From Nanobdellati archaeon (lineage in GTDB: Archaea; EX4484-52; GLR71): 64,000 nucleotides of DNA. Below, piece after piece: positions 49,783 to 59,556 of the stretch. A program made the position numbers and the translations under genes. Every line of letters starts with the position of its first letter. Position 1 is the stretch's first letter. Under the pieces are notes generated by a model. The model did no database searches and had not been told where the DNA came from. It saw only the letters and a list, made by a program, of their open reading frames with translations. The stretch lies in assembly GCA_019429005.1 (NCBI GenBank), contig JAHYJR010000001.1, forward strand, positions 200,663 through 264,662. The letters are read 5' to 3'.

Positions 49783-50883
49783 ATGGTTACTGGAAATTTA
49801 TTAAATTGTATTACTGATGCATGTGTTTTTATAGAAAAATTATCATCAAAAAAGATTTGTATTGTTTATCATGATGATTGTGATGGTGTATCTTCAGCAG
49901 CTCTTCTCGTTAAGTATCTCTCAAAAGATAATGATATTGAAACAGTTTCTGTACGAAATGCTCCATCTATAACTGAAGATCTTATGTCAATTATATTAAG
50001 TAAAAAACCCGATGTTGTTATTATTGCAGATTTTGCTGGAGGTATTGATATTTCAGCAAAAACATTTAGTGAAAATGGAATATTTACTCTTGTGTTAGAT
50101 CATCATGTTCCAGGAATTTATTTATTTCACGAAGATGTTATTTATTCAAATCCTCGCCTTGAAAATTTATCAATGCCAGCATCTTCATACATTTACGAGA
50201 TTTTATCTAATATAATTAATATGGATGAGTATCTTTGGATTGCTGCAGCTGGAACTATAGCTGATTTCGGTGCATCGGAAAGACCTGATCTTGTAAAGGC
50301 TTGTATAAAACGTTACCCTGATCTTTTTGAATACGATGGTCTTGATAATTCAAAGTTATTTGATACCTCTTTTGGTTTAATTCCAAATAGTGTGAGTTAT
50401 GCAACTGTGTGGGGTGGATATAAGGGTGCCGAATTTGCTCTTAAATGCATGCTTTCATGTAATACGCCTTATGAATTTATTTCAAAAAAAAATGATGATC
50501 TTAAAAAATTATTTGAGAATTATACTGATGTTGAGTCCGAGATTCTAAAGAATGTTGATTTGTTTCGGAAACAACATAAGACTCAAGGTAAAGTCAAATA
50601 CATGGTTATTGAATCAGGATATCAAATAAAATCGATAATTTCAACAATTGTTTCTCCTAAAGAAACTGCTTATGTCTTTATAGTTATACAGGAAAAAGGT
50701 AACGAAATGTCTATGTCTTTAAGAAATCAATCTGGTGATTATAATCTTAATAACATAATACAGCTTGCGTCAAAAGATATTGATGCACATGGTGGTGGGC
50801 ATCCAAAAGCATCTGGGGCTGTTGTTTCAAAGAAAGATTATGGTACTTTTTTAGAAAATCTGTTGAATTTAATAAACGGTTAA
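49783..50883 (+). CDS. DHH-family phosphoesterase (RecJ-like, DHH-DHHA1)
   Basis: HDDCDG, LDHH, GTIAD and GGGHPKASG. Confidence 0.92.
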   Translation: MVTGNLLNCITDACVFIEKLSSKKICIVYHDDCDGVSSAALLVKYLSKDNDIETVSVRNAPSITEDLMSIILSKKPDVVIIADFAGGIDISAKTFSENGIFTLVLDHHVPGIYLFHEDVIYSNPRLENLSMPASSYIYEILSNIINMDEYLWIAAAGTIADFGASERPDLVKACIKRYPDLFEYDGLDNSKLFDTSFGLIPNSVSYATVWGGYKGAEFALKCMLSCNTPYEFISKKNDDLKKLFENYTDVESEILKNVDLFRKQHKTQGKVKYMVIESGYQIKSIISTIVSPKETAYVFIVIQEKGNEMSMSLRNQSGDYNLNNIIQLASKDIDAHGGGHPKASGAVVSKKDYGTFLENLLNLING

Positions 50884-50893
50884 AATTTATTAA

Positions 50894-51622
50894 TTAATCA
50901 GCTATGATAAATTCATACAAATCAGTTTCATTTGTTTCAACACCTAACGAATTAAAATATTTGACAATATTTTTTACATCTCGTTTAAGAAATGTTTTTA
51001 CTTGTGGATGGTTTTTGAGTACTGATTGTCCCATGTCTATAAAGACTGGTTTTTCATCTCTTACAAGTATATTGTATTGACTTAAATCTGCATGAACTAG
51101 ATCAGCATCTTTAAAGAGTATTCTCATCATTTCTTTTACTTCATTAAAAAATACAGTAGGATCTTCAAGAATTGTTTTTGATAATTGGTTTGCAATCTGT
51201 CCTCCATCTTCAATCATATCCATTATAAGAACATTATTACGTACACAGCGTGTTTTTGGAACACTTAGACCCACAGAATGTGCTTTTTCAAGATTTCGCA
51301 TTTCTTTTTGACACCAAGTTTCTACAATTTTTCGTTTGGTTTTACCAATTTTTACAAATCTGTTATCGCCTTGTATATATTGCATCATATTTGTAAAACT
51401 TGATGTAGCTATCATATAAATTTTAATTATAACTGTATTTCCATTCAAATCTTTTCCAAGAACGATTTTACTTTCTTTTCCCGATTTAATTATGCCCATA
51501 ACTTCATTTATACATTTTTTATCTATCATTTTACCTAAGGTATCTATCGTCAGTTTATCATAGATATATGATCTAATTTTTCGATCTTTATCTGCACGTT
51601 TTTGTTCAGCCATATGTCTCAT
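50894..51622 (-). CDS. rio1: RIO1 serine/threonine kinase
   Basis: SGKES, KEMRNL, VHADLSQYN and IDMGQSV. Confidence 0.95.
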   Translation of the reverse strand: MRHMAEQKRADKDRKIRSYIYDKLTIDTLGKMIDKKCINEVMGIIKSGKESKIVLGKDLNGNTVIIKIYMIATSSFTNMMQYIQGDNRFVKIGKTKRKIVETWCQKEMRNLEKAHSVGLSVPKTRCVRNNVLIMDMIEDGGQIANQLSKTILEDPTVFFNEVKEMMRILFKDADLVHADLSQYNILVRDEKPVFIDMGQSVLKNHPQVKTFLKRDVKNIVKYFNSLGVETNETDLYEFIIAD

Positions 51623-51654
51623 CTTGGCATTTTTAGAAAAAATATAGGCATTAT

Positions 51655-52023
51655 TTAATGCCCTTCGAGATTTTTAAGATATCCTTTTTCTTGGAGTTGC
51701 GGTACTTGATATTTTGTATATTTATATATTATATCTCCACGTTCATCACTTTGTACATCCCAAGGGACTACAATAACATAGGTTTCTTCTCTAAGCCACA
51801 TTCTTTTTCGGTATTTTCCAGGGACTCTACAAATTCGAATTTTTTTATCACTACAAACAACTCTTAATTTACCAAAACCTAACCTTTGTTCTATGATTCC
51901 TAGTAATTCATTATTTCTCGGTGTTCTGACTCTTTGCGGTAAAGTAGGATCTACAGTTGTAATCTTTTTTTTATTCTTATTAATTGCAGGTTTGAATGTT
52001 TTTTTATATATTAAAATCACCAA
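51655..52023 (-). CDS. eif1a: Translation initiation factor aIF-1A (start codon uncertain)
   Basis: RVRTP...GIIEQRLG...CRVPGK..KRMWLRE...PWDVQSDERGDIIYKY. Confidence 0.95.
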   Translation of the reverse strand: MVILIYKKTFKPAINKNKKKITTVDPTLPQRVRTPRNNELLGIIEQRLGFGKLRVVCSDKKIRICRVPGKYRKRMWLREETYVIVVPWDVQSDERGDIIYKYTKYQVPQLQEKGYLKNLEGH

Positions 52024-52722
52024 TTATTTTTTTTTATCTGTAATCGCTATTGTTGTCCGATGTACTTCTTTTCCGTCTATTTGACCATATATTTTATATG
52101 AATCTTTAAGTACCATATCATATTTTTCATGAAGTTCTCGTGCAATCTTATTTGTAACTTTTTTTGATCCCATCTTGAAATCATAGCCATTAGGGATTTT
52201 TTCACAACTTAAAATAAATGAATTGCGTATTTTTTTACTATATTCAAGTGTTCTTTGTTCTATATATTCTTTAATTTCTTTGTTTTTATTAATCTTTCCT
52301 CTAAGTTGTATTGTTGCTTCAAAATATCCACTTTTAAGTCTTGTGCATTCTGGACAGAATGTTGTTATTATTGTCAATATTTTTTTTTTCTCATCAAAAA
52401 ATCCGGATTTTTCACCAGTTATTGTTATGTAGATCTTAACTTTTCCAGTAACATATTGCATTTGTGAAAGGTCATAATCCATATTAATTTTTGTATCTTT
52501 TTCAGCTTTAATATTATCATTAAGGTATTTATCTATTGCTTTTTTTAATGAATCTTTGATAACCCATCTGTTTTTTTCAAAAAGTTTACCACAGTTACAG
52601 ATTTCAAGTCTAAGCGGTTCATTTACAACAAACAATTTTTTATGTTCATTATAACATTCATAACATAATGAATCTATTAGTTTATCAGTATCTTTACCAC
52701 ATTTAGGACAAAATTTTCTCAT
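52024..52722 (-). CDS. nmd3: NMD3-family ribosome biogenesis protein (short form)
   Basis: FCPKCG...LCYEC and CPEC...GYFEATIQLRG. Confidence 0.88.
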   Translation of the reverse strand: MRKFCPKCGKDTDKLIDSLCYECYNEHKKLFVVNEPLRLEICNCGKLFEKNRWVIKDSLKKAIDKYLNDNIKAEKDTKINMDYDLSQMQYVTGKVKIYITITGEKSGFFDEKKKILTIITTFCPECTRLKSGYFEATIQLRGKINKNKEIKEYIEQRTLEYSKKIRNSFILSCEKIPNGYDFKMGSKKVTNKIARELHEKYDMVLKDSYKIYGQIDGKEVHRTTIAITDKKK

Positions 52723-52893
52723 ATAATTAATAATTTTGTTTATTTCTTTTTAATTTTTTCTATAAAAAAAAATAATATGTATAAAATAATTATATTTTTA
52801 ATTTAATATTTAATCTAATAATTATGTTGGTAATTTGAATTATTTCTATTAATTATCTGATCAATAGAATTATAACCTATTTTGGTTAAATTA

Positions 52894-53187
52894 TCAAATT
52901 TTAAAAATAATAATATGTTTATGTCCACAGGTTGTGTGTGCATCATTTTTATTGATTATTTTTATATTAGAAAGTGCATTAATTATTTTGTTACCTGTAA
53001 TATTTGCACTAAAACACGTTTCAATAGCCAAAAGAATCTCTTCAATTGTTGCAGATTCACCCAAATAAAAATGTTCATCTATTGAAAGAACTATATTATT
53101 TTCTTCAAAAACTAGACCAATAAGATCTTTATCACAAACAGCAATAATTGTTCCTTGATCAGTATTATAAGTCTTTAAGAAAAACAT
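52894..53187 (-). CDS. DUF424 family protein
   Basis: IAVCDKDLIG...FYLG...ANITG pattern; typical aIF2-beta neighbour. Confidence 0.85.
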   Translation of the reverse strand: MFFLKTYNTDQGTIIAVCDKDLIGLVFEENNIVLSIDEHFYLGESATIEEILLAIETCFSANITGNKIINALSNIKIINKNDAHTTCGHKHIIIFKI

Positions 53188-53190
53188 AAC

Positions 53191-53622
53191 TTAACCAACC
53201 TTTGAGATTGGTCTTTTAGCACCACAGGCCATACATTTCATAAAAGTCTGTTTACCTTCTTTCATTATCTTTGTATCGGGTTTCTTACATTCATGACATA
53301 GAACAAAGTCAGTAACATATCTTTTGAATTTTGTGTTTACCATATTTCCAGTTAATTTACCTTTAAATATGATTTTTTGTCGTTCTATAGTTCCGGGACT
53401 TGCAAGTTCTTTTCCAAGATATTTTATAATGTCTTTAGGATCTCTATATATTATTTTTGAAACTTCTAAAAGATTTGATACTTCAGTTTTAGAACCAACA
53501 ATAATTGTTTTTAATATTGGCATTTCGAATCGTTCTTTCGTATATGATTCTTCTGGAATCTGTTTTATACATTTTTCTAACAGTTTGTTGTAATCATATT
53601 TTTCGTTTAGATTCTTATCCAT
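53191..53622 (-). CDS. eif2b: Translation initiation factor aIF-2 beta
   Basis: ERFEMP, ELASPG and the CHECKKPDT...CMACGA Zn ribbon. Confidence 0.96.
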   Translation of the reverse strand: MDKNLNEKYDYNKLLEKCIKQIPEESYTKERFEMPILKTIIVGSKTEVSNLLEVSKIIYRDPKDIIKYLGKELASPGTIERQKIIFKGKLTGNMVNTKFKRYVTDFVLCHECKKPDTKIMKEGKQTFMKCMACGAKRPISKVG

Positions 53623-53679
53623 AATAAAGCACCTTTAGTATATAATGTAAGTATATAATGTAGTATTGTAACTATAATT

Positions 53680-54366
53680 TTATATATCTAATAAACTTAT
53701 AATGATATCCTTTACCTCATTGAGATTATTAATTACGGTATAAGCTCCATAGTGCATAAGGGTTGATTTATCATCAATTCCACTTAAGATGCCAATTGTG
53801 AGCATGCCTGCTTTTATCCCCGCAATAATATCATTTTGAGTATCTCCTATAACTAAGCATTCTTTGGGAGTGAAACCCATTTTTTCAGCACATAACAGAA
53901 ATATGTCTGGTTCAGGTTTTCCATACGTTACATATTCAGGTGTGATTATATAGTCAAAAAGTATTTTATTTTGTTTAAGTATATTTTCTGCAGTAATTGT
54001 AGGTGTACCTGTCCCAATTGAAGTTTTTAATCCTTGTTCTCGTAACCATTTGACTAGATATATATTGTTTTTACTTATTGTGTCTTTTGTAATTATAAGA
54101 TTATTGAATTTTTGTATTAGTTTTCGATTCATTTCATCTATATTAGGTGTGTCTTCATTAGTGTTTTTATGATATTTATTAACAACCTGTTTTAAAATAT
54201 CAATGGCAGAAATACCATAATAATGATAAATTTCCGAATCTGTAATGTTTAGACCAATCTCAGTAAACACGGTTTGATATGCTTCAAGGTATATTGAATT
54301 TGTTTCAGACAGTGTGCCGTCAAGATCAAATATAACGGCTTTGATTTTTGTTTTTTTAGGTTTCAT
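53680..54366 (-). CDS. HAD-superfamily phosphatase (beta-PGM-like)
   Basis: FDLDGTL, GKPEPDIF and IGDTQND. Confidence 0.9.
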   Translation of the reverse strand: MKPKKTKIKAVIFDLDGTLSETNSIYLEAYQTVFTEIGLNITDSEIYHYYGISAIDILKQVVNKYHKNTNEDTPNIDEMNRKLIQKFNNLIITKDTISKNNIYLVKWLREQGLKTSIGTGTPTITAENILKQNKILFDYIITPEYVTYGKPEPDIFLLCAEKMGFTPKECLVIGDTQNDIIAGIKAGMLTIGILSGIDDKSTLMHYGAYTVINNLNEVKDIIISLLDI

Positions 54367-54408
54367 ACTCTTTAAGACCTTTTAAAATTATATAGATTTT
54401 TATGTTTT

Positions 54409-55221
54409 TTAAAGAACCCGTAAATTCCCAGCTCTTGGTTCATAACAAGTGCCATCTTCAAGAAGTGCTTCAATAATTTTTTCAGCTTCTTTTTCAGTAA
54501 GTCGCGATTTTTCAATTACGGTGTCATAATCAGCACCATTTCCAGAATCTTCTGTATTAATAATTTCAATTATTTTCATTCGGGGTGTTATATTTTTTGT
54601 TTCAATTTCGTCTTTTATTGCTTCAAAATTCTCATTTTCACAATTAATTAAGGTTTTTGTTTGATTATTATCTTTTTTTTGAGTTTTAATGATTTTAATT
54701 TGTTTTTCTTCTGTTTCTCTTTTTGGTTTAGACTCTGTTTTAATTGTATTTTCAATATTTTCTTTAGCATTTTTCTCGTGAATTATATTTTTAGAACTTT
54801 TATTTTCTATAATTTCAACATTATTTAGATAGGGGTTTATGCTTTTTGCAATCTCAAGTTTTCGTAATGTTTCAAGATTTGGATTCTTCACTTCAACAAT
54901 AATTTCAGGTTGTATATAGACTTCATCATTCCATTTTTTTATTTTTCCAATAACTTCTATAATATATCCTTTATTAATATTTTTGATTTTATCTAAATCA
55001 CTAAATAGTTTACATTGTATTGTTTCTGACCCATCATCAATTGTAATTGTTGCATATCTCCCATCATTTGAGATATATTTGTTTATGAGTGTACCAAGAA
55101 CTCGTACACGGTAAACAGATTCACCTGTTATATGTTTTATAAAATCTATGTTATTATTATCTTTTTCACATTTGTTCTGGAGAATATCCTTGATACGTAT
55201 TTTTTTTGATGGATGTTGCAT
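54409..55221 (-). CDS. RPA32-like OB-fold ssDNA-binding protein with C-terminal winged helix
   Basis: RVRVLGT...IDDGSETI...VIGKIK OB fold; LLEDGTCYEPRAG winged helix. Confidence 0.85.
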   Translation of the reverse strand: MQHPSKKIRIKDILQNKCEKDNNNIDFIKHITGESVYRVRVLGTLINKYISNDGRYATITIDDGSETIQCKLFSDLDKIKNINKGYIIEVIGKIKKWNDEVYIQPEIIVEVKNPNLETLRKLEIAKSINPYLNNVEIIENKSSKNIIHEKNAKENIENTIKTESKPKRETEEKQIKIIKTQKKDNNQTKTLINCENENFEAIKDEIETKNITPRMKIIEIINTEDSGNGADYDTVIEKSRLTEKEAEKIIEALLEDGTCYEPRAGNLRVL

Positions 55222-55238
55222 AAAATCACATTATTTTT

Positions 55239-57269
55239 TTAAACTTTTTTGATCTTACCATTTCTAGGTTCAAAAAGTTCACCATCATTTTTTAATTTGG
55301 TTATTATTTCTTCAATTTTAGCATCACTATCTGCAATACCTTCTTCTTGAGCTCTTGCAATGATATCTTCTTTATCTACCATTTTATCTAGACTTTCTTC
55401 AGTAAGTTCATCAATTATTCTCAATATATCAATAATCTTACCTCTCTGGCTTGTTGTTGTACCTGAAGACATTCTATCTATATCAAACTTACCTGTCTCA
55501 GGATCAATACCAACTTGGTTAAGACAATATGTTAATAGTCTTATCGCTTTATCTGCATCTTTTGCAAGCACTTTTTCTGAAAGTCTAACACGTGCATTTG
55601 CTTCAGAAAGTCTTACAAGTGCTTCAAGTTGTCTTGCCGTCAAAGGTACTGCAGATCGTTCATCATCAGAACCATTCTGATTACGTATATCAACATAAAA
55701 TTTTTGAATCTTATCTGTTGCGCCTTTTGTTAATTTTGGACTACAATTTTTTCGTGAATATGCAATAAATTTTCGTAACATATCTGTCTCAATTGGCGGT
55801 TTATCACTTGTAGGATTTTCATGTAGTTTCAGTATGTGTTTAGCAATTCGCGTATCGACTTCTCTATTTGGTATGTCTTTAATTGGAAATATCAAATCAA
55901 AACGACTTATCAATGTATCTGGAAGATTTATCTGGTCTGGTATTGGCATCATTGTATCAAAACGCCCAAATTTAGGATTTGCAGCTGCAAGAATGATTGT
56001 TTTACAACTTAATGTTGCCTGGATTGTTGCTTTTGATACTGTAACTGTCTGTTGTTCCATAGCTTCATGCATAGCACTTCTATCATTATCACTCATCTTA
56101 TCCATTTCATCTATTGCTGCAAGACCGTTGTTTGCAAGAACCAATGCACCAGCTTCAAGAGACCAACCACCTGTAAATTCATCTTTTACAACAGCTGCTG
56201 TAATACCCGCACCACTTGCAGATTTACCCACAATATATTTTCCTTTAGGTGCCAAATCAGACACATATTTAAGCATTTGACTTTTACCTGCACCAGGGTC
56301 TCCTATAAGTAACATATGGATATCTCCACGGGTTCTAACACCATCTGATCTGACTTTTGTAACGCCGCTGAAAAGTTGTAATGATATTGCTTCTTTAATT
56401 TGAAGATGCCCTTCTATGGATGGTGCTATAGAATATTTTAATTTATCATAGATATCCTTATCTGCTGCCATTTTCTTAATTAGTTTCTCCTCTTCTTTAG
56501 TGATTATTATATCTTCAAATTCTGTAACAATTGTTTCTAGGTAATTAGCTTCAAGATATATATCTCTTTTTTTTGTTTCTTTACCCTGTTCAATCCTTAT
56601 TGGAACATCTTTGATTATACCTGTTATACTAACTTCATTTCCAGGCACAACCTTTTTTTGGAATGTTGGGTCAACAAGATCATTTCTAAGGTATACTCCA
56701 ATTTTTCTAGCTTGTTGTCCGCCTTCAAGCATACCCGGGTTTTCTTCAACAACAATTCTTTGTAAATCTACAAGTCGTCTGTCTGTCAATTCAAATCCTC
56801 GCCTGTTTCCACATTCGCACATGTAAGGCTGTATTAGGTTTGGTTTTGATTGGATCAATGTTATAGTTTGGCTACATGCAGGACATTCAAATATTGCAAC
56901 AGTGATTTCTGGACGTACTTCACTTGCTTGTTTGATTAGACCTTTAATTGCAATAAATTTGTTTATGTGTTTACTTCTGATATTCTTGATTGGTACCATT
57001 TCTGAATTTGGTATGTTTGTAAACCGTACTGCAATTTTTTCTGAAAGTTCTTCATCGCCAATATCAATGTTCGCTATGGCTTCATCAGCTGCTAGCAGAC
57101 ATTCTTCAGGTTTTTCAAGAAAATAATCTGCAAGTTCAGGGTCAAAACTCTCAAAATCTTCAAAATCAACAACAATAGGGTTTACTGATTGTACAGCTAG
57201 GATTAGTTGTTTATAATAGATATCGCTAAAAAAAACTTCAAATTTTCGTAATATATCTGAGTAGTCCAT
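55239..57269 (-). CDS. mcm: MCM replicative helicase
   Basis: GDPGAGKS, IDEMDKM, AAANP, SRFD and TARQLE; no intein. Confidence 0.98.
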   Translation of the reverse strand: MDYSDILRKFEVFFSDIYYKQLILAVQSVNPIVVDFEDFESFDPELADYFLEKPEECLLAADEAIANIDIGDEELSEKIAVRFTNIPNSEMVPIKNIRSKHINKFIAIKGLIKQASEVRPEITVAIFECPACSQTITLIQSKPNLIQPYMCECGNRRGFELTDRRLVDLQRIVVEENPGMLEGGQQARKIGVYLRNDLVDPTFQKKVVPGNEVSITGIIKDVPIRIEQGKETKKRDIYLEANYLETIVTEFEDIIITKEEEKLIKKMAADKDIYDKLKYSIAPSIEGHLQIKEAISLQLFSGVTKVRSDGVRTRGDIHMLLIGDPGAGKSQMLKYVSDLAPKGKYIVGKSASGAGITAAVVKDEFTGGWSLEAGALVLANNGLAAIDEMDKMSDNDRSAMHEAMEQQTVTVSKATIQATLSCKTIILAAANPKFGRFDTMMPIPDQINLPDTLISRFDLIFPIKDIPNREVDTRIAKHILKLHENPTSDKPPIETDMLRKFIAYSRKNCSPKLTKGATDKIQKFYVDIRNQNGSDDERSAVPLTARQLEALVRLSEANARVRLSEKVLAKDADKAIRLLTYCLNQVGIDPETGKFDIDRMSSGTTTSQRGKIIDILRIIDELTEESLDKMVDKEDIIARAQEEGIADSDAKIEEIITKLKNDGELFEPRNGKIKKV

Positions 57270-57418
57270 TAAAAATACATTCCTATTTAATTATTTTAAA
57301 TCTACCTTATCGTTTTATGTTGATATATTAGATGTTGTCTGTTCTAGTTTATTTTTTTAACTGACTACTGAAGGTGTTAAGTTCATCAAATTGATATTAA
57401 CTTAGAAATATGTGTTTA

Positions 57419-57982
57419 TCAAGATGACGTTAACGAATTGGTATCTTTATTCAGTTTTTCAAGCACAATTTTTAATTTTCCAATCGCTTCATGTACCATT
57501 TCACTGCTTTTTCCACCAGTACATATAACTTTTCCAGATCTGAACAGTAAAAATACAACTTTTGGATCTAAAAATCTTAATACAAGACCGGGGAATTGCT
57601 CTGGTTCGTATTCAGTACCTTCGAGCGTGAATGCTATTTTATTTAGATTAAGTTCTTCTGCGACTTTTGTTGATGCGACCATATTATGGACTGTTATGTC
57701 TGAATCATGAGGTATTTCAATACCGATGGATCTTATGTCTTCAAGAAGTATATTTATAGCACTTGTTGCTTGTTCAGATGATTTTGTGCCTGTACATACA
57801 ATTTTACCCGAATTAAATACTAATGCAGCAGATTTAGGTTCTTTGATTCTATATACAAGACCGGGGAATTGTTCTGGTTCATATTCAGTACCTTCAAGTT
57901 CAAGGGATAATTGTGATAGTGGTATTTTTGTGTTTGTTGTGCATGATGCAACAACATTATGTATCTTTATTTCCTCATCCAT
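57419..57982 (-). CDS. tbp: TATA-box binding protein
   Basis: Two NxVAS...EYEPEQFPGLV...FxSGK repeats. Confidence 0.98.
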   Translation of the reverse strand: MDEEIKIHNVVASCTTNTKIPLSQLSLELEGTEYEPEQFPGLVYRIKEPKSAALVFNSGKIVCTGTKSSEQATSAINILLEDIRSIGIEIPHDSDITVHNMVASTKVAEELNLNKIAFTLEGTEYEPEQFPGLVLRFLDPKVVFLLFRSGKVICTGGKSSEMVHEAIGKLKIVLEKLNKDTNSLTSS

Positions 57983-58134
57983 AATATCAGCTTAATTTGT
58001 ATTTTAGAATATCTAAATTAGAGTATCTATTTTACATATATTTACTAATCTTTAAATTATGTCCGTTATATATGTGTGCACTCGAAGGTGAATACATTTT
58101 ATTAAATTTCTTTGTTTTTATAGTTTATTCTTAT

Positions 58135-58674
58135 TTAACCTTTTTTTATAAGTTCTTTCCAATTTTGTCTATAATTATTGAATTTTTGATTAAATATTTC
58201 TTTTTTAGTTTCAGTTATATCTAATTCGAAAAATAGTTTTTTAAGTTCTTGCAATTTAGTCTCTTTATTTTCCTCAGAACACATATATTCTAATTCTATT
58301 ATATACCCATAACCTTTTGTGTTATCAAGTGTAACTGTTACATTTTTCCATAAGTATATAAGACGTTTTCTAAACCATTGTATCTCTATTGAATATCCAA
58401 GTGTTTCAAATATATCCATCATGTTTTGATATTGCGTTTTTTCAATTATGACTTCAATTTCTTTTCGATAGTCATCGTGTATTTGTCCATTTTTGAGTAT
58501 TATTTTTGCATTCTTACAATTTTGTTGTAATCTTAAATCATTGTCACCCGTAAAATAAGTCGTCTTCTGAACATCTTTTTCTATAAATTCGGCATTTGTG
58601 TTCATAAAAGTTTTAAGTTCTTCAAATTGTTCTTTTGATATGAAACTACGTATTTCAACTTCAATGTTATTCAT
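58135..58674 (-). CDS. CYTH-domain protein (class IV adenylate cyclase/triphosphatase-like)
   Basis: IEVEIR, RKEIE and GYIIELE motifs. Confidence 0.88.
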   Translation of the reverse strand: MNNIEVEIRSFISKEQFEELKTFMNTNAEFIEKDVQKTTYFTGDNDLRLQQNCKNAKIILKNGQIHDDYRKEIEVIIEKTQYQNMMDIFETLGYSIEIQWFRKRLIYLWKNVTVTLDNTKGYGYIIELEYMCSEENKETKLQELKKLFFELDITETKKEIFNQKFNNYRQNWKELIKKG

Positions 58675-58771
58675 AATAATATTTGGTTTTTGTTATTTTT
58701 TAATTTGTTCTTTTTTTAGAGTTTTAAAAATACTTTTCAGAAACAATTTTATTAATTCAAACCTTTTAAAA

Positions 58772-59194
58772 TCAAGTTCTAGTATAACTAATAAGATCTC
58801 TTTTCATCTCTTCAAATACATATTTACTGTATTTATACAAATAGGGTTCTAAAAATCCCCGAGGTGCACGACTTTTGATATAATTTATATTTAATTGAAA
58901 GTCTAATGACATTTTTTTTGTAAATAAATTTGTATCCATCTTATCTGCATTATTAATAAGGTTATAATAGCAATCTTGTATATTTTTATCATATTTTGTG
59001 ATAAGTAATCCTAATGCTTCTTTTGCAAATATCTTGTCGCCTTTAAGATTATTTATACTTGAAGTTATGCCTTTAACATACCTTTTAAATAAAGAATTAA
59101 ATGCTTTTTCGTGTATATATGATTGTGTTTTTATATTTAGATTTATGTTAGTTTTCATGGATTTCATATAAGATTGATAATCCTTTTTAAACAT
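58772..59194 (-). CDS. Hypothetical protein
   Basis: 140-aa ORF with no recognisable motif. Confidence 0.5.
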   Translation of the reverse strand: MFKKDYQSYMKSMKTNINLNIKTQSYIHEKAFNSLFKRYVKGITSSINNLKGDKIFAKEALGLLITKYDKNIQDCYYNLINNADKMDTNLFTKKMSLDFQLNINYIKSRAPRGFLEPYLYKYSKYVFEEMKRDLISYTRT

Positions 59195-59556
59195 TTTTGT
59201 CTTTCTTATATCTTGTTTCCAGTGGTAATATTATCTGCTAGCATAATCTTCTGTTCTAGTTTCATCCGAGAAATAATCTTCTATACATTCACCTATAACT
59301 TTGATACATTCAAATTTACCATTTGCACATTCATATGTCTGGAGCATTTCTGCAAGTTTTGATAGGTCATCGTTTATTTGTAAGGCCTGTGTTATCTGTA
59401 TGGAACTAAATCTTCATAAAACAAAAGATGTTCTTTCAGACGTGATTAGTAATGTATATCTTAAACGCACTTGTGAGTGCACCACATTACGTTATGGAGC
59501 TGATGTTTGATTGAAATGACAAAACATTTTAAATAATTTGCTCCTCTTGTTATATT

